A stretch of 64,000 nucleotides of DNA from Sphingomonadales bacterium (GTDB lineage: Bacteria > Bacteroidota > Bacteroidia > UBA7662), in NCBI GenBank assembly GCA_016872215.1, contig VHAX01000001.1, positions 54,004 through 118,003 on the forward strand. The letters run 5' to 3'. The notes below the pieces were generated by a model. The model saw only the letters and a program-made list of their open reading frames with translations. It was not told the origin of the DNA and did not search any database. A program made the position numbers and the translations under genes. This document shows, piece by piece, positions 26,720 to 35,629 of the stretch; within the stretch, counting starts at the first letter, position 1; each line of letters begins with the position of its first letter.

Positions 26720-28753
26720 TTATGTGATATTTCGCGCTAAAATCATCTCCAACAGCAAACATAGCAAAACACCGGCAAGCAGCCATCGCCAGAGACCAGA
26801 ACTGCCCGCTTCGGCTACCAATCCACCGGCCACCGAAGAATCGCGAAGGGAATAGCTGTTCCATCCTCGTTCCCCGGCCAAAGCCGACAGAGATTCGGCC
26901 GACCAATACTGGAGCTCTGACTCATCCGATGAGGCGTTTAGGGCCACAATCTCTCCGGCCAGGGGTTGGCCGTCGAGCATGACGGAATAGTGACCAGGGG
27001 TCATGATACCGTCCATGATTCCCAGGCCCAGGCGGTCGCCCTGACGGCTTACCTGCGGAACCATGCGCTGTGGACCATTAACGAGTGATATGAGTCCATC
27101 CGGCCGAACTCCCGGAATGCTGAGCTCGATTCTTGGGGTAGAGCCCAATCGCCAGGAAGAAGGCATATTTCCACCCGCCATCAACATAGCACGGTAGAGT
27201 GTGGGCACCCACAAAGCCTGTTCCGGGAAATCAGACCATTCCTTTTCCGGCGCACTCAACAACAGAAGCATTTGGCCAGCCCCAACCTTGCGACGCACGA
27301 GCCATGGCGATCGGTCAGCCAATTGCATGATGGTGTAATCGTCGGGCAAGAGGTTGGTCGACCAGTATTTTTGAACCGTAGGAAGCGCCAATTGTTCCGG
27401 AATCCGTTCGAAGGTCTCCTGATAGAGAGGATCCTTCACCTCTATCCGGGCAACCTGCTGTCGCTGTGCCACCACATTCAGACATTTTCCTCCTCCGGTG
27501 GCCGCGAGCAAGGAATTGACCACTATGGGATCCGAAAGACCGGAGGGGAGCACTACTACGGATCCTCCCTGCTGCATTTTATCATGTAGTGCGGTCAACA
27601 ACCCGCTGCTGACCTGCGATAGCCGGTCCAGAATCACCCCCTTGGCCGAAGAAAGCGCGTTGTAGTCGATGTTCAATCGCGAGGTCACGCTGCAATTCAT
27701 AAACTCATCTCCTGAGAACAAGCCACTTACATAGGGACTAGCTTCCGCTTCGGTGATGTGAAGCAGCGGGAAACGATCGGCCACCTCCATACGCATATAC
27801 CAATGCCGGTCGTAGTCGAGTCCCGACTCCTCCACCGACAAACGTGCGGTGAGGATGCCAGCCTGAGCAGGTGTGAATCCGAGAGTATCCGATGCAGTTC
27901 CAAACGCGGGAACGTCCAGGGTCGAAAGGCCCTTTTGAGCACCCTCCATCTCCAGAAGGATGCGCACACCTTCTGCATCGCGACTACCCCCATTTCGAAC
28001 TGCCAAAATGAGTCGCGCAGGCTGACTGGTTTGCAACAAGGGCTGCTCCACATATGCTGTGTCGATGTAGACATGCGCGAACGGGGCGGGACTAAACTGA
28101 AGCAGGTGCACCACAGCGGATGTATCGATGGAAATGTCGGCCAGAGGGTAAGCCGAATTCTGGAAATCGCCCAACCAATAAAGGCGTGCCTTATGGGTTA
28201 CCCCGGTATAGCGTATCAGCTCCAACTGCCGTTCCTTGATTTGATTGAGCGGGCGCACAGCCGCGGTGACCGTAATCTGAGCCAGGGCCTGAATAAACTC
28301 ATCGCGCCCCAACCAGCGTTGACTTCCGGGAGCGAGCTCATGTGAAATCAATTGAAACTGATCGGTAGCGGGTAATTGCTGGGCCAGCGACCGGGCCGCC
28401 TCACGCGCTTGCTCCAACAAAATTCCACCTTCGCCTGCCAGCGACATACTGGGTGAATTGTCGACGAACACCGAATGGTAGCCCTGGCGAAGTGCGGAAT
28501 TATTTTTCCCATCGCCACCCCACTCCGGACGGGCAAAAGACAGCACCAATAGAACCACCGCCAAAGTACGGCTTGCCAGAACCAGAAGATGTTTGAGGTG
28601 ACTACGCTTGCGGTTTTGTTCTCGGATCTCCTTGAGCAAGCTGACGTTGCTAAACAAAATGCGCCGTGGAGCTCTGAAACTAAACAAATGAACAACCAGA
28701 GGGACGAGGGCCAAAAAAAGACCCCAAAGGGCCGCCGGTTGGGCAAATTGCAT
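26720..28753 (-). CDS. BatA-domain (N-terminal double-TM) von Willebrand factor A protein with a C-terminal TM anchor
   Basis: N-terminus QPAALWGLFLALVPLVVHLFSFRAP (TIGR02226-like). vWA MIDAS motif VFVDNSPSMS (DxSxS). C-terminal TM LWRWLLAGVLLCLLLEMIL. 677 aa. Confidence 0.55.
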   Translation of the reverse strand: MQFAQPAALWGLFLALVPLVVHLFSFRAPRRILFSNVSLLKEIREQNRKRSHLKHLLVLASRTLAVVLLVLSFARPEWGGDGKNNSALRQGYHSVFVDNSPSMSLAGEGGILLEQAREAARSLAQQLPATDQFQLISHELAPGSQRWLGRDEFIQALAQITVTAAVRPLNQIKERQLELIRYTGVTHKARLYWLGDFQNSAYPLADISIDTSAVVHLLQFSPAPFAHVYIDTAYVEQPLLQTSQPARLILAVRNGGSRDAEGVRILLEMEGAQKGLSTLDVPAFGTASDTLGFTPAQAGILTARLSVEESGLDYDRHWYMRMEVADRFPLLHITEAEASPYVSGLFSGDEFMNCSVTSRLNIDYNALSSAKGVILDRLSQVSSGLLTALHDKMQQGGSVVVLPSGLSDPIVVNSLLAATGGGKCLNVVAQRQQVARIEVKDPLYQETFERIPEQLALPTVQKYWSTNLLPDDYTIMQLADRSPWLVRRKVGAGQMLLLLSAPEKEWSDFPEQALWVPTLYRAMLMAGGNMPSSWRLGSTPRIELSIPGVRPDGLISLVNGPQRMVPQVSRQGDRLGLGIMDGIMTPGHYSVMLDGQPLAGEIVALNASSDESELQYWSAESLSALAGERGWNSYSLRDSSVAGGLVAEAGSSGLWRWLLAGVLLCLLLEMILARNIT

Positions 28754-28866
28754 TTTGCAAAAATATTCGTTTTTCCTATTATTGAGGTTGGTTCGATGAA
28801 TTATGAACCTGGAATCGGGTTAAAGCCCTATTTATCTTACATTTTGATGTCGTAACTACAAACACT

Positions 28867-29349
28867 ATGCGAAAAATCGATCAATTATTATCGGTCTACG
28901 GGGAAAGTCACCAAAACGCCATCAACAAGCTCATCCACTGGATTTGCGTACCCGTCATTATGTTCACCATGTTGGGCCTGATCTGGAATATCCCCAGTCA
29001 GGGCCTGAACCTGATCTTTGGCAAAAGCAAGCCCGAATGGTTCAACTGGTCGACCCTCATCCTCATCCCCATTATCCTCTACTATCTGCGCTTGTCATTT
29101 GCATTATTTACTGGCATGTCACTAATTGCCCTCCTGATCACATTAGGGCATTTATACCTCGCCCGTCTGGGGCCATCAGGCCATTTACTGACCTGCACCG
29201 CACTTTTTGTTGCCGCCTGGATTGGCCAATTCTACGGCCACATGGTGGAAGGCAAAAAACCCTCATTTCTGCAGGACGCCCAATTTCTGCTGATTGGTCC
29301 CGCCTGGCTTTTGCATTTTATTTACCGCCGTTTGGGCATACCCTATTAA
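28867..29349 (+). CDS. DUF962 (Mpo1-like) membrane protein
   Basis: 160 aa. YGESHQNAINKLIHWICVPVIMF matches the Y..H.N..N...H...VP N-terminal signature of DUF962. Three or four TM helices. Confidence 0.55.
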   Translation: MRKIDQLLSVYGESHQNAINKLIHWICVPVIMFTMLGLIWNIPSQGLNLIFGKSKPEWFNWSTLILIPIILYYLRLSFALFTGMSLIALLITLGHLYLARLGPSGHLLTCTALFVAAWIGQFYGHMVEGKKPSFLQDAQFLLIGPAWLLHFIYRRLGIPY

Positions 29350-29532
29350 TTAGCGAGCCCGAATCAACCGGGATTTCCGCACCGATATCGAAATGAGACA
29401 ACAACTCCAACTCGCCGAATCACTGATCAAAATGCGGTATTCAACATTTCAGCTATCGACTGGACCGACAGGGTTTTCCGGGCTACGATCCAAATAAGTC
29501 AAATATCTCTGATCGACCGATTATTTGATACC

Positions 29533-30714
29533 CTAACGGCCAGACGGATATTTCTCGAGTAGCCAGGCATCATGCTGAATCTTCGCACGAATCAAAGTCA
29601 AAAAAGAATCGGCTTCGGCCGCACTTCTGACACTAAATACTGTACCCACGCGTTTGAGTCCACCCGCAGAGGGAGAAATCACTGCCGGCTCAAACCCGGA
29701 CTGTTTCAAAGCCAACTCCTGCCTTTCAGCATTCCTCTTGGAGGAAAAACAACCCACCACCACGACTGCATCAAAAGTCGCCTCCGAAATATGAGATTCC
29801 AATTCCAAGGAGGAATAATTCGGGGCTGCAATTTCCGGCTGGCGTGGTATACGGGCCACAGCTTCCGGCTGGCGTGGTATACGGGTCACAGCTTCCGGCT
29901 GGCGCGGTATACGATAGGTTGAACCTGGATAATCGGGCGAAACTTTACCTTGAACAGGAAGCGCATTGGAATCAATGGTCGGGGCTAAACTCATGGATGG
30001 TAAACTGTCAGTTTCCCGTTGAAAAGTATCTGCCTGAGATATCGTGCCAGCCTCGTATTCCATTATCGTTGAATCCATAGGCGGATAAAGGCGGGGAAAT
30101 TCCGGCAAAAGGGAGGAATCATGTCTTACTCTAACCTCACTCAATCCGGCACGTTGTGTCTCATCAGACAATCCGTATTGTCTAAACAACAGCACTGCGG
30201 GCCCAAGCACCGCAATCCATAGTGCTGCCCACCCAATCATCCCCATCCGCCTTTTCCAAATTCCCTTTCTATTGATCTCATCTGGAACAGAAGGCCCATT
30301 CAATCCATTGGGAAACAACATACGGGTGGGCGGCACAATGGCCGGATACCGATATGATGCCAAAAAATGCACGAGCAGGGGATGCTCGGGCTCCAGTCGT
30401 CCCTCTCCTACACCAGTCGGCACTATCCTTCCCAGACCCAATAAATCAAAAGATTCAGTCCAGTCGGTCGGCACTTCATCGAGCAAAAGGGAGGAAGAAA
30501 ACTCCCATTGTGACACCTGGGTATTGGCAGTTGTGACGGCAGCGCCCCTGTTTAGGTACCAACGAAATTGAGGGGGTTCGAGGCGACGATTAGAAGATGC
30601 ACGTTGAACGGGATCCCGTTTTTTATAGAAAACACCCAACCCCGGAACATGAACGCCCATGTTTGCGGTCAGCAATTGGGTGGCCAGCTCGTTAATAGCG
30701 CAGTCGCGGTTCAT
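29533..30714 (-). CDS. HU-like N-terminal domain / SPOR-domain protein with an internal proline-rich tandem repeat
   Basis: N-terminus MNRDCAINELATQLLTANMGVHVPGLGVFYKK (HU/IHF-like fold motif). One TM (IGWAALWIAVLGPAVLLF). C-terminal SPOR domain FDAVVVVGCFSSKRNAERQELALKQSGFEPAVISPSAGGLKRVGTVFS. Repeat YRIPRQPEAVTRIPRQPEAVARIPRQPEIA. Confidence 0.6.
   Translation of the reverse strand: MNRDCAINELATQLLTANMGVHVPGLGVFYKKRDPVQRASSNRRLEPPQFRWYLNRGAAVTTANTQVSQWEFSSSLLLDEVPTDWTESFDLLGLGRIVPTGVGEGRLEPEHPLLVHFLASYRYPAIVPPTRMLFPNGLNGPSVPDEINRKGIWKRRMGMIGWAALWIAVLGPAVLLFRQYGLSDETQRAGLSEVRVRHDSSLLPEFPRLYPPMDSTIMEYEAGTISQADTFQRETDSLPSMSLAPTIDSNALPVQGKVSPDYPGSTYRIPRQPEAVTRIPRQPEAVARIPRQPEIAAPNYSSLELESHISEATFDAVVVVGCFSSKRNAERQELALKQSGFEPAVISPSAGGLKRVGTVFSVRSAAEADSFLTLIRAKIQHDAWLLEKYPSGR
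29833..29915 (-). repeat. Three tandem copies of a 30-bp coding repeat (TTCCGGCTGGCGTGGTATACGGGCCACAGC) inside the HU-SPOR gene
   Basis: Copy 1 at 29833-29862. Copy 2 at 29863-29892, with one mismatch. Copy 3 at 29893-~29915 is partial and diverged. The repeats are in-frame and encode RIPRQPEAV(T/A). Confidence 0.85.
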
Positions 30715-30716
30715 TC

Positions 30717-32459
30717 CTACAAGGTTCGGCGTATCCCGGCAATCAACTGTGTGCTAAAAGTAGGATATCCGAACCAGCGAAAATAATTAATAGACGCGAG
30801 ATTACCGCCATGCATAAAGAAATCGAAGCCGGGGCGGTGCTGGTAGGTCAGATGAAGATTAACATTGTGCATCTCTGGCAATCGTCGATATGCAAAGCCA
30901 GTGGGGTCCGGATTCGAGGCAACAAAAATTCCATTCAAGTAACTCCATTCGGTACGAATTGTCAGTTTTTCCGTGGGCGACCACTGAAGCGAAGTCAAAC
31001 TCCTTAGTGTGGGGGTCATCCAGAACTGCAGAAGGCTATCGGGCTTGGGGAGAGTGTATTCAATGCTGGAGGAAAATCGCCACGACCTGCCCCATACCTG
31101 TTCCAGCCCACCTGATAGTCCCCACTCCGTTGCGGCATCGTAGACGGGATACATTCTATTGAAGGAATCGACCTGATTCAAAAAAAAGAGCGCGTCGTCG
31201 AGTCTTCGAACAGAAGCCCTGAAACGGTAGTGGAGTCCCGCCCCAAGCTGACCGCGGGCACCGGCAAAGGCCTCAACCCGGTTGATCGTGTTTCTCAATT
31301 GCGGATTGGGTGCAATAAATGGATTTAAGTGGGTCACATCATCGAAGGACACACGTTCCACATCTCCGGTTATCCCCATCAACACTCGGTGTTTGCGGTT
31401 GACCGAAGGCAAGGCCCCCTCTATGTGGGGAAATAGTTCCGGGGTGGAAACCTCATCTGTGCCCTGAACAGCCAGTTGAAAACCTGTGGCCATCTCCCAT
31501 CGTCCCAGCTGAAAACGCATGAGGTCGCGTAACCATACCACGCGACGCAGTTCTCCCACACCTCCGTCGGGCGGTTTGGGGGTTAAATTCTCGAAACGTG
31601 TTGCATCCACCACCAATTCCAATTGGTTGGAACCCATCCCCAATTTACCTTCCAGATCCGCCGAAAACCTTAGGTTACGCTCATTTTGTTTCCGCTGGTC
31701 CGACAATGTATACCCTGAAAACCTTCCACCGACCCACCATGTACCTTTGCGCAAACTGCTACGGAAGCCCGTTTGTGCACCCCATTTCTGAAACAACTGG
31801 TAGTCGACCATTGAGAATAATGGATCTGTCGTATCTCTTCCGAACAAACTTCTGCCTCTCCGTTCGTGAAACACCGCAGCATCGAATTGTGTGGATCGGC
31901 CAATTGTCGTTCGACCATCGAACCGAGCCAGTGCATCCGAACTGCGGACATCCTTCCACTCGCGACCATCGGCGCGGATTGTTCCTCTTGCACCATCCCG
32001 TTCGGCGAACACACCCCACTCGATCTTATTACAGGCGGCCGACCGGTAGTCGACCGCTGCATGGGTACCCCATAAATTACCCACACCAGCTTCCCACCAC
32101 AAACGGTGGGGTGTCGCCGGAGGTGCGGGCGGAAGGGCAGGCAAACTACCGGGCTCGGGTACCCAGAAGGGGGGCGATGACAAGTTGAGGGATTCAAAAC
32201 GAACCGGAACCGAATCTCCGGACATAGTAGGGAGATCAGGAACCATCTGCCATTTGACCGATTCCGCCAGCTTCGGTTTGTAGCGGCGCACAATCACAAT
32301 GGGATCCGTAAACAGTCGACTCCCAACACCCCCTCCTGCCAGTGAGTCAGCGCGGCCTGTGGCGGGGCTGGTTGACTGCGACCAGGAAACGACGGGGGCA
32401 ATCAACAGAAGTACAAAACCAATCCACCTCAATTTCAATAGGATTTTCACCGACATCAT
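30717..32459 (-). CDS. Predicted outer-membrane beta-barrel protein of unknown function (580 aa)
   Basis: Signal peptide MMSVKILLKLRWIGFVLLLIAPVVSWSQS. Alternating amphipathic beta-strand-like segments rich in W/Y/R. No recognised family. Sits between the TPR gene and the HU-SPOR gene with 4-7 nt gaps. Confidence 0.45.
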   Translation of the reverse strand: MMSVKILLKLRWIGFVLLLIAPVVSWSQSTSPATGRADSLAGGGVGSRLFTDPIVIVRRYKPKLAESVKWQMVPDLPTMSGDSVPVRFESLNLSSPPFWVPEPGSLPALPPAPPATPHRLWWEAGVGNLWGTHAAVDYRSAACNKIEWGVFAERDGARGTIRADGREWKDVRSSDALARFDGRTTIGRSTQFDAAVFHERRGRSLFGRDTTDPLFSMVDYQLFQKWGAQTGFRSSLRKGTWWVGGRFSGYTLSDQRKQNERNLRFSADLEGKLGMGSNQLELVVDATRFENLTPKPPDGGVGELRRVVWLRDLMRFQLGRWEMATGFQLAVQGTDEVSTPELFPHIEGALPSVNRKHRVLMGITGDVERVSFDDVTHLNPFIAPNPQLRNTINRVEAFAGARGQLGAGLHYRFRASVRRLDDALFFLNQVDSFNRMYPVYDAATEWGLSGGLEQVWGRSWRFSSSIEYTLPKPDSLLQFWMTPTLRSLTSLQWSPTEKLTIRTEWSYLNGIFVASNPDPTGFAYRRLPEMHNVNLHLTYQHRPGFDFFMHGGNLASINYFRWFGYPTFSTQLIAGIRRTL

Positions 32460-32465
32460 GAAGTT

Positions 32466-35400
32466 TTAGTTAGGGGCGGGCATCTTGATCAAGCGGCTGC
32501 GTGCTTTCGCCCGTATGTAATCGGGGGCGTCGCCTTGAGCAATGCTCTCCAATGTAGCACGAGCCTGAATCGCATTCTTTTGGGCTATGTAGGAATCGGA
32601 GAGCAATAGGAATGCCATCCCCAGCCAATGATCGTAATAGGGAATGCGGTCGGCCATTTCGAAGACCCGAGCCTGGCATTTGGGGTAATCGCCCTTTCGG
32701 AAGGCGATGTCGGCCAGATAGTACAACGCGGTTGCCCCCGGTTCATTCTTGTTGGACGCGTAGACCTTCTCTAATATGGTCTGGGCGTCGGAAAGACGAG
32801 AAGCTTCCATTAAACAAAGTGCACTGGCAATCTGAGCATCCGTGCGCAGAGCTTCTGGAGCCGACTCCATTTCCAAAATACGGTTGGCTATTTTTTCCAG
32901 TTCCGGCCAATTCTCCAGATTTACCCAAGCGGTCATTTGTCCAGCCAACGCTTCCTGCACATCCTGTGGTGCACTCACCCATCCACCCCACTTCTTCCAT
33001 GCCTCCGCAGATTGCTGCCATGACGAATCGGCTGCGCGTTCCTCGGCCAACATGCGTAAGACCGATTCGGTATATGGGTGCAGGGAACGGCCGGCCAAGT
33101 CCTCCAAATCCGCATACATACTATCGCGTTGATTCAGGCTGCGTGCGCATTGGGCACGAATCAGGCGGGCGTATAAATGATAAGAACCATTTGGATATTT
33201 CTTGAGGTACTCATCGACCTCCTTGCGGGCAAGTTGACAATCGCCACGGTTATAGGCCTGCTCGGCCGACTGAAAGCGCAGGGTGTCCATTTCCGAGTCA
33301 GCCGGCGTGCCGAGACCAATATTCTTGCGCATTTCGAGATAGTCGTCGGGACGGTTTTGCTCAGCGTATATGACCCTAAGCGTCGCAAGCGCCTCTGATG
33401 CCTGGGGTGACTGCGGATAAGTGCGCAGCAGGCGTGTGTACTGGTCGATGGCCGGCTGCACCTGATCCTGTTGATAGAGAATGAGTCCCCGTATAAGCCA
33501 TGCGGAAGGCATCAGCGGGCTACCAGGTTTCACCCGTTCCAAAGTATCTGCATACGCCAGACTTTTGAAAGGCAGTCCCTCGTTGTGACCAGCACCCATG
33601 AGTTCGAGCACGGCCGTCTCCCAAAATTCAGACCCCCTGTAACGCGCCAAAAATCGCTCGAGTGACAGGATCTTATCGGCCTGTCGCCCCATCAAACCCT
33701 GCAATATGGCTTGCTGATAAGCAGAATAATCCGGCCGATTCGCACCCGTTTTCTGGCATTCGCCATAAACATCAAATGCCGCTCTGTACTGCTTCAGTGC
33801 GAAAAGCGCATCAGCACGACGCAGACGGGCATCGGCCACCAGAGTATTCCGGCCTTCTTCGCCGGGCGCGTTGCTCCACTCAGAAGCAGGAGCCGAAACA
33901 ACCCTTCGGAAATAATCCTCCGCCAGCCTGAATTCTTCCATCCGAAAATAGGCATACGCCAATCCATAATTCGCCATCGCAGCATTCTCCTGTGATTCGA
34001 CTCCCTCAGGAACTGCCTTCCTCAAATTCAGATAGGCTTTATAGTCATCGGCCGACTGGGCGAATTTCTGCAGACGAAAACGAGTTTCTCCACGCCAGTA
34101 ATGGGCCCTGCGGGTGACATTTACCTCAGAGGCCAATTCCAGCGCCTCGTTGAAATGCTGCTCGGCTGTGGTAAAGTTTCCCTCTTGATAGAGCTGCATG
34201 GCCCGGTATAAAGCTGCCCGCTGCCAAAGGACTCTCTGTACCGCCTCGGTCTGGCGAAGGGAACGGAATACATCCAAAGCCTCACGAAAGTTCTTCCCCA
34301 CCAACAGCTGCCCACTCAACATAGATTTGACCTCTTCTGTGTGGGCAGATTGCGGGTAGTTCTTCAGAAATCCCTTTAACTCCATTAAAGCCTGGTTGTT
34401 CATCTTAAGCTGGCAGCAGAGTTGTGCATATCGAAAAGCTGCTAACTCGTTGATTTCAGGTGTGCCTTTCCGCCGCGACGCAGTGTAGAATGCGGCGAGG
34501 GCCTCATGAGACCTCCCCAATTGCAAACAGGCTTCGCCCAGCAACAAAAACGACCGGTGACTCAGGGTATCATCGAGACTGGTTGTGGCCTCCTGAAAGG
34601 CCGAAGCTGCCTTCTCCGGATCCCCAAGCGTATAGGATGCAAATCCCAACCGAAACTGACCGGCCGGTGATAAACGACCACCAAGCTTCTGATAGCGTTC
34701 AATATAGGTTAGAAAGGAAGCATATTCGCCGGTCGAAAAATAGGCCTGCGCAATGATGTGGTTGAGCTGATCCGCCTGTTCCAAACCCGGACGTGCGCTC
34801 AGCGGAAGTGCATAAGAGAAGAGGTCTTCATAGCGACCCATGCGGTAGTATTGCCGGGCAAGCAAGGGGGGTACGTATAAGCTACAGGATGGATGCTCCC
34901 GAATGGGGTCTAAAAAAGCAAGCGCCTGTTCATGTTGTCCGCTTTCATCGCAAACCTTCCCCATAGCGAGGGAAGCTAAAGGGGCTTCAGGCGACTCGGT
35001 TCTGGTGAGTGGCTCCAGCAAGGTTCGGGCCGTCTGTGCGTCGCCTTTTTTCCACAGAGCATATCCCCTTAAATAATCGCCCTGCTGACGTTCATTCTTA
35101 TGCATACGGGGCCACTGTACCTCCTTCGACAGGGATATGACTTCCGAATATTTTTTGTCGCGGTGCCGGTATTGCATCAACTGAAGCCGCACCCGGTCTG
35201 CTTCAAATGTACCCTGCATTTCATCATACAACTGCTCCATAAGCGCTTGGCTGCCCGGCCAACCCAGCCGGGCACGACTTAACGCATCATACACCCTAGC
35301 CTGAAAGAGCTCAGTGGGAGTCCATCCATCATTTCGGGTGGTGTGCGGCATACGGGTGTATGCCTGATCGAGCAACGAAAGTACCACTCTGTATTGCCCC

Positions 35401-35546
35401 TTATCGTATTGCTGGATAGCCTCTGACAGGCGATCGGAGGGTTGATGCAGGTTCTGTGGCCGCTGAGCGTACACAAATTCTGGCCAGTTGGCCGTCAGTA
35501 AGACAAGTAGTATAAAATAAAAAACTGCGGTGCGTCTTTGCATCAT
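32466..35546 (-). CDS. Secreted tetratricopeptide-repeat protein (1026 aa)
   Basis: Signal peptide MMQRRTAVFYFILLVLLTANWPEFVYAQ, with no lipobox cysteine. TPR-like helical repeats throughout (many W/Y-x-x-A-x-x-Y/F and G-x-Y blocks). Confidence 0.6.
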   Translation of the reverse strand: MMQRRTAVFYFILLVLLTANWPEFVYAQRPQNLHQPSDRLSEAIQQYDKGQYRVVLSLLDQAYTRMPHTTRNDGWTPTELFQARVYDALSRARLGWPGSQALMEQLYDEMQGTFEADRVRLQLMQYRHRDKKYSEVISLSKEVQWPRMHKNERQQGDYLRGYALWKKGDAQTARTLLEPLTRTESPEAPLASLAMGKVCDESGQHEQALAFLDPIREHPSCSLYVPPLLARQYYRMGRYEDLFSYALPLSARPGLEQADQLNHIIAQAYFSTGEYASFLTYIERYQKLGGRLSPAGQFRLGFASYTLGDPEKAASAFQEATTSLDDTLSHRSFLLLGEACLQLGRSHEALAAFYTASRRKGTPEINELAAFRYAQLCCQLKMNNQALMELKGFLKNYPQSAHTEEVKSMLSGQLLVGKNFREALDVFRSLRQTEAVQRVLWQRAALYRAMQLYQEGNFTTAEQHFNEALELASEVNVTRRAHYWRGETRFRLQKFAQSADDYKAYLNLRKAVPEGVESQENAAMANYGLAYAYFRMEEFRLAEDYFRRVVSAPASEWSNAPGEEGRNTLVADARLRRADALFALKQYRAAFDVYGECQKTGANRPDYSAYQQAILQGLMGRQADKILSLERFLARYRGSEFWETAVLELMGAGHNEGLPFKSLAYADTLERVKPGSPLMPSAWLIRGLILYQQDQVQPAIDQYTRLLRTYPQSPQASEALATLRVIYAEQNRPDDYLEMRKNIGLGTPADSEMDTLRFQSAEQAYNRGDCQLARKEVDEYLKKYPNGSYHLYARLIRAQCARSLNQRDSMYADLEDLAGRSLHPYTESVLRMLAEERAADSSWQQSAEAWKKWGGWVSAPQDVQEALAGQMTAWVNLENWPELEKIANRILEMESAPEALRTDAQIASALCLMEASRLSDAQTILEKVYASNKNEPGATALYYLADIAFRKGDYPKCQARVFEMADRIPYYDHWLGMAFLLLSDSYIAQKNAIQARATLESIAQGDAPDYIRAKARSRLIKMPAPN

Positions 35547-35629
35547 AGTTTAAAAAGGCATTAGGATAATGCCATCAGCCCCGTCTAACGGGGTAAATTT
35601 CCAAAAATTATCAAAACAAAAATCTACCG

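Noticed and set aside
27758-28345. A 195-aa plus-strand ORF inside the BatA/vWA gene
   Set aside because: It is antisense to a long ORF that has a clear N-terminal double-TM and vWA MIDAS motif, and is most likely spurious.
29833-29915. Tandem 30-bp direct repeats that might suggest a CRISPR array
   Set aside because: There are only three contiguous copies with no spacers. The repeats are in-frame inside an intact ORF, where they encode RIPRQPEAV. No cas genes are nearby.
31598-32293. Antisense or overlapping ORFs of 196 and 207 aa inside the 580-aa OMP gene
   Set aside because: They lie within a GC-rich region and are fully contained in a longer ORF that has a signal peptide and tight operon spacing. 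No independent start context supports them.
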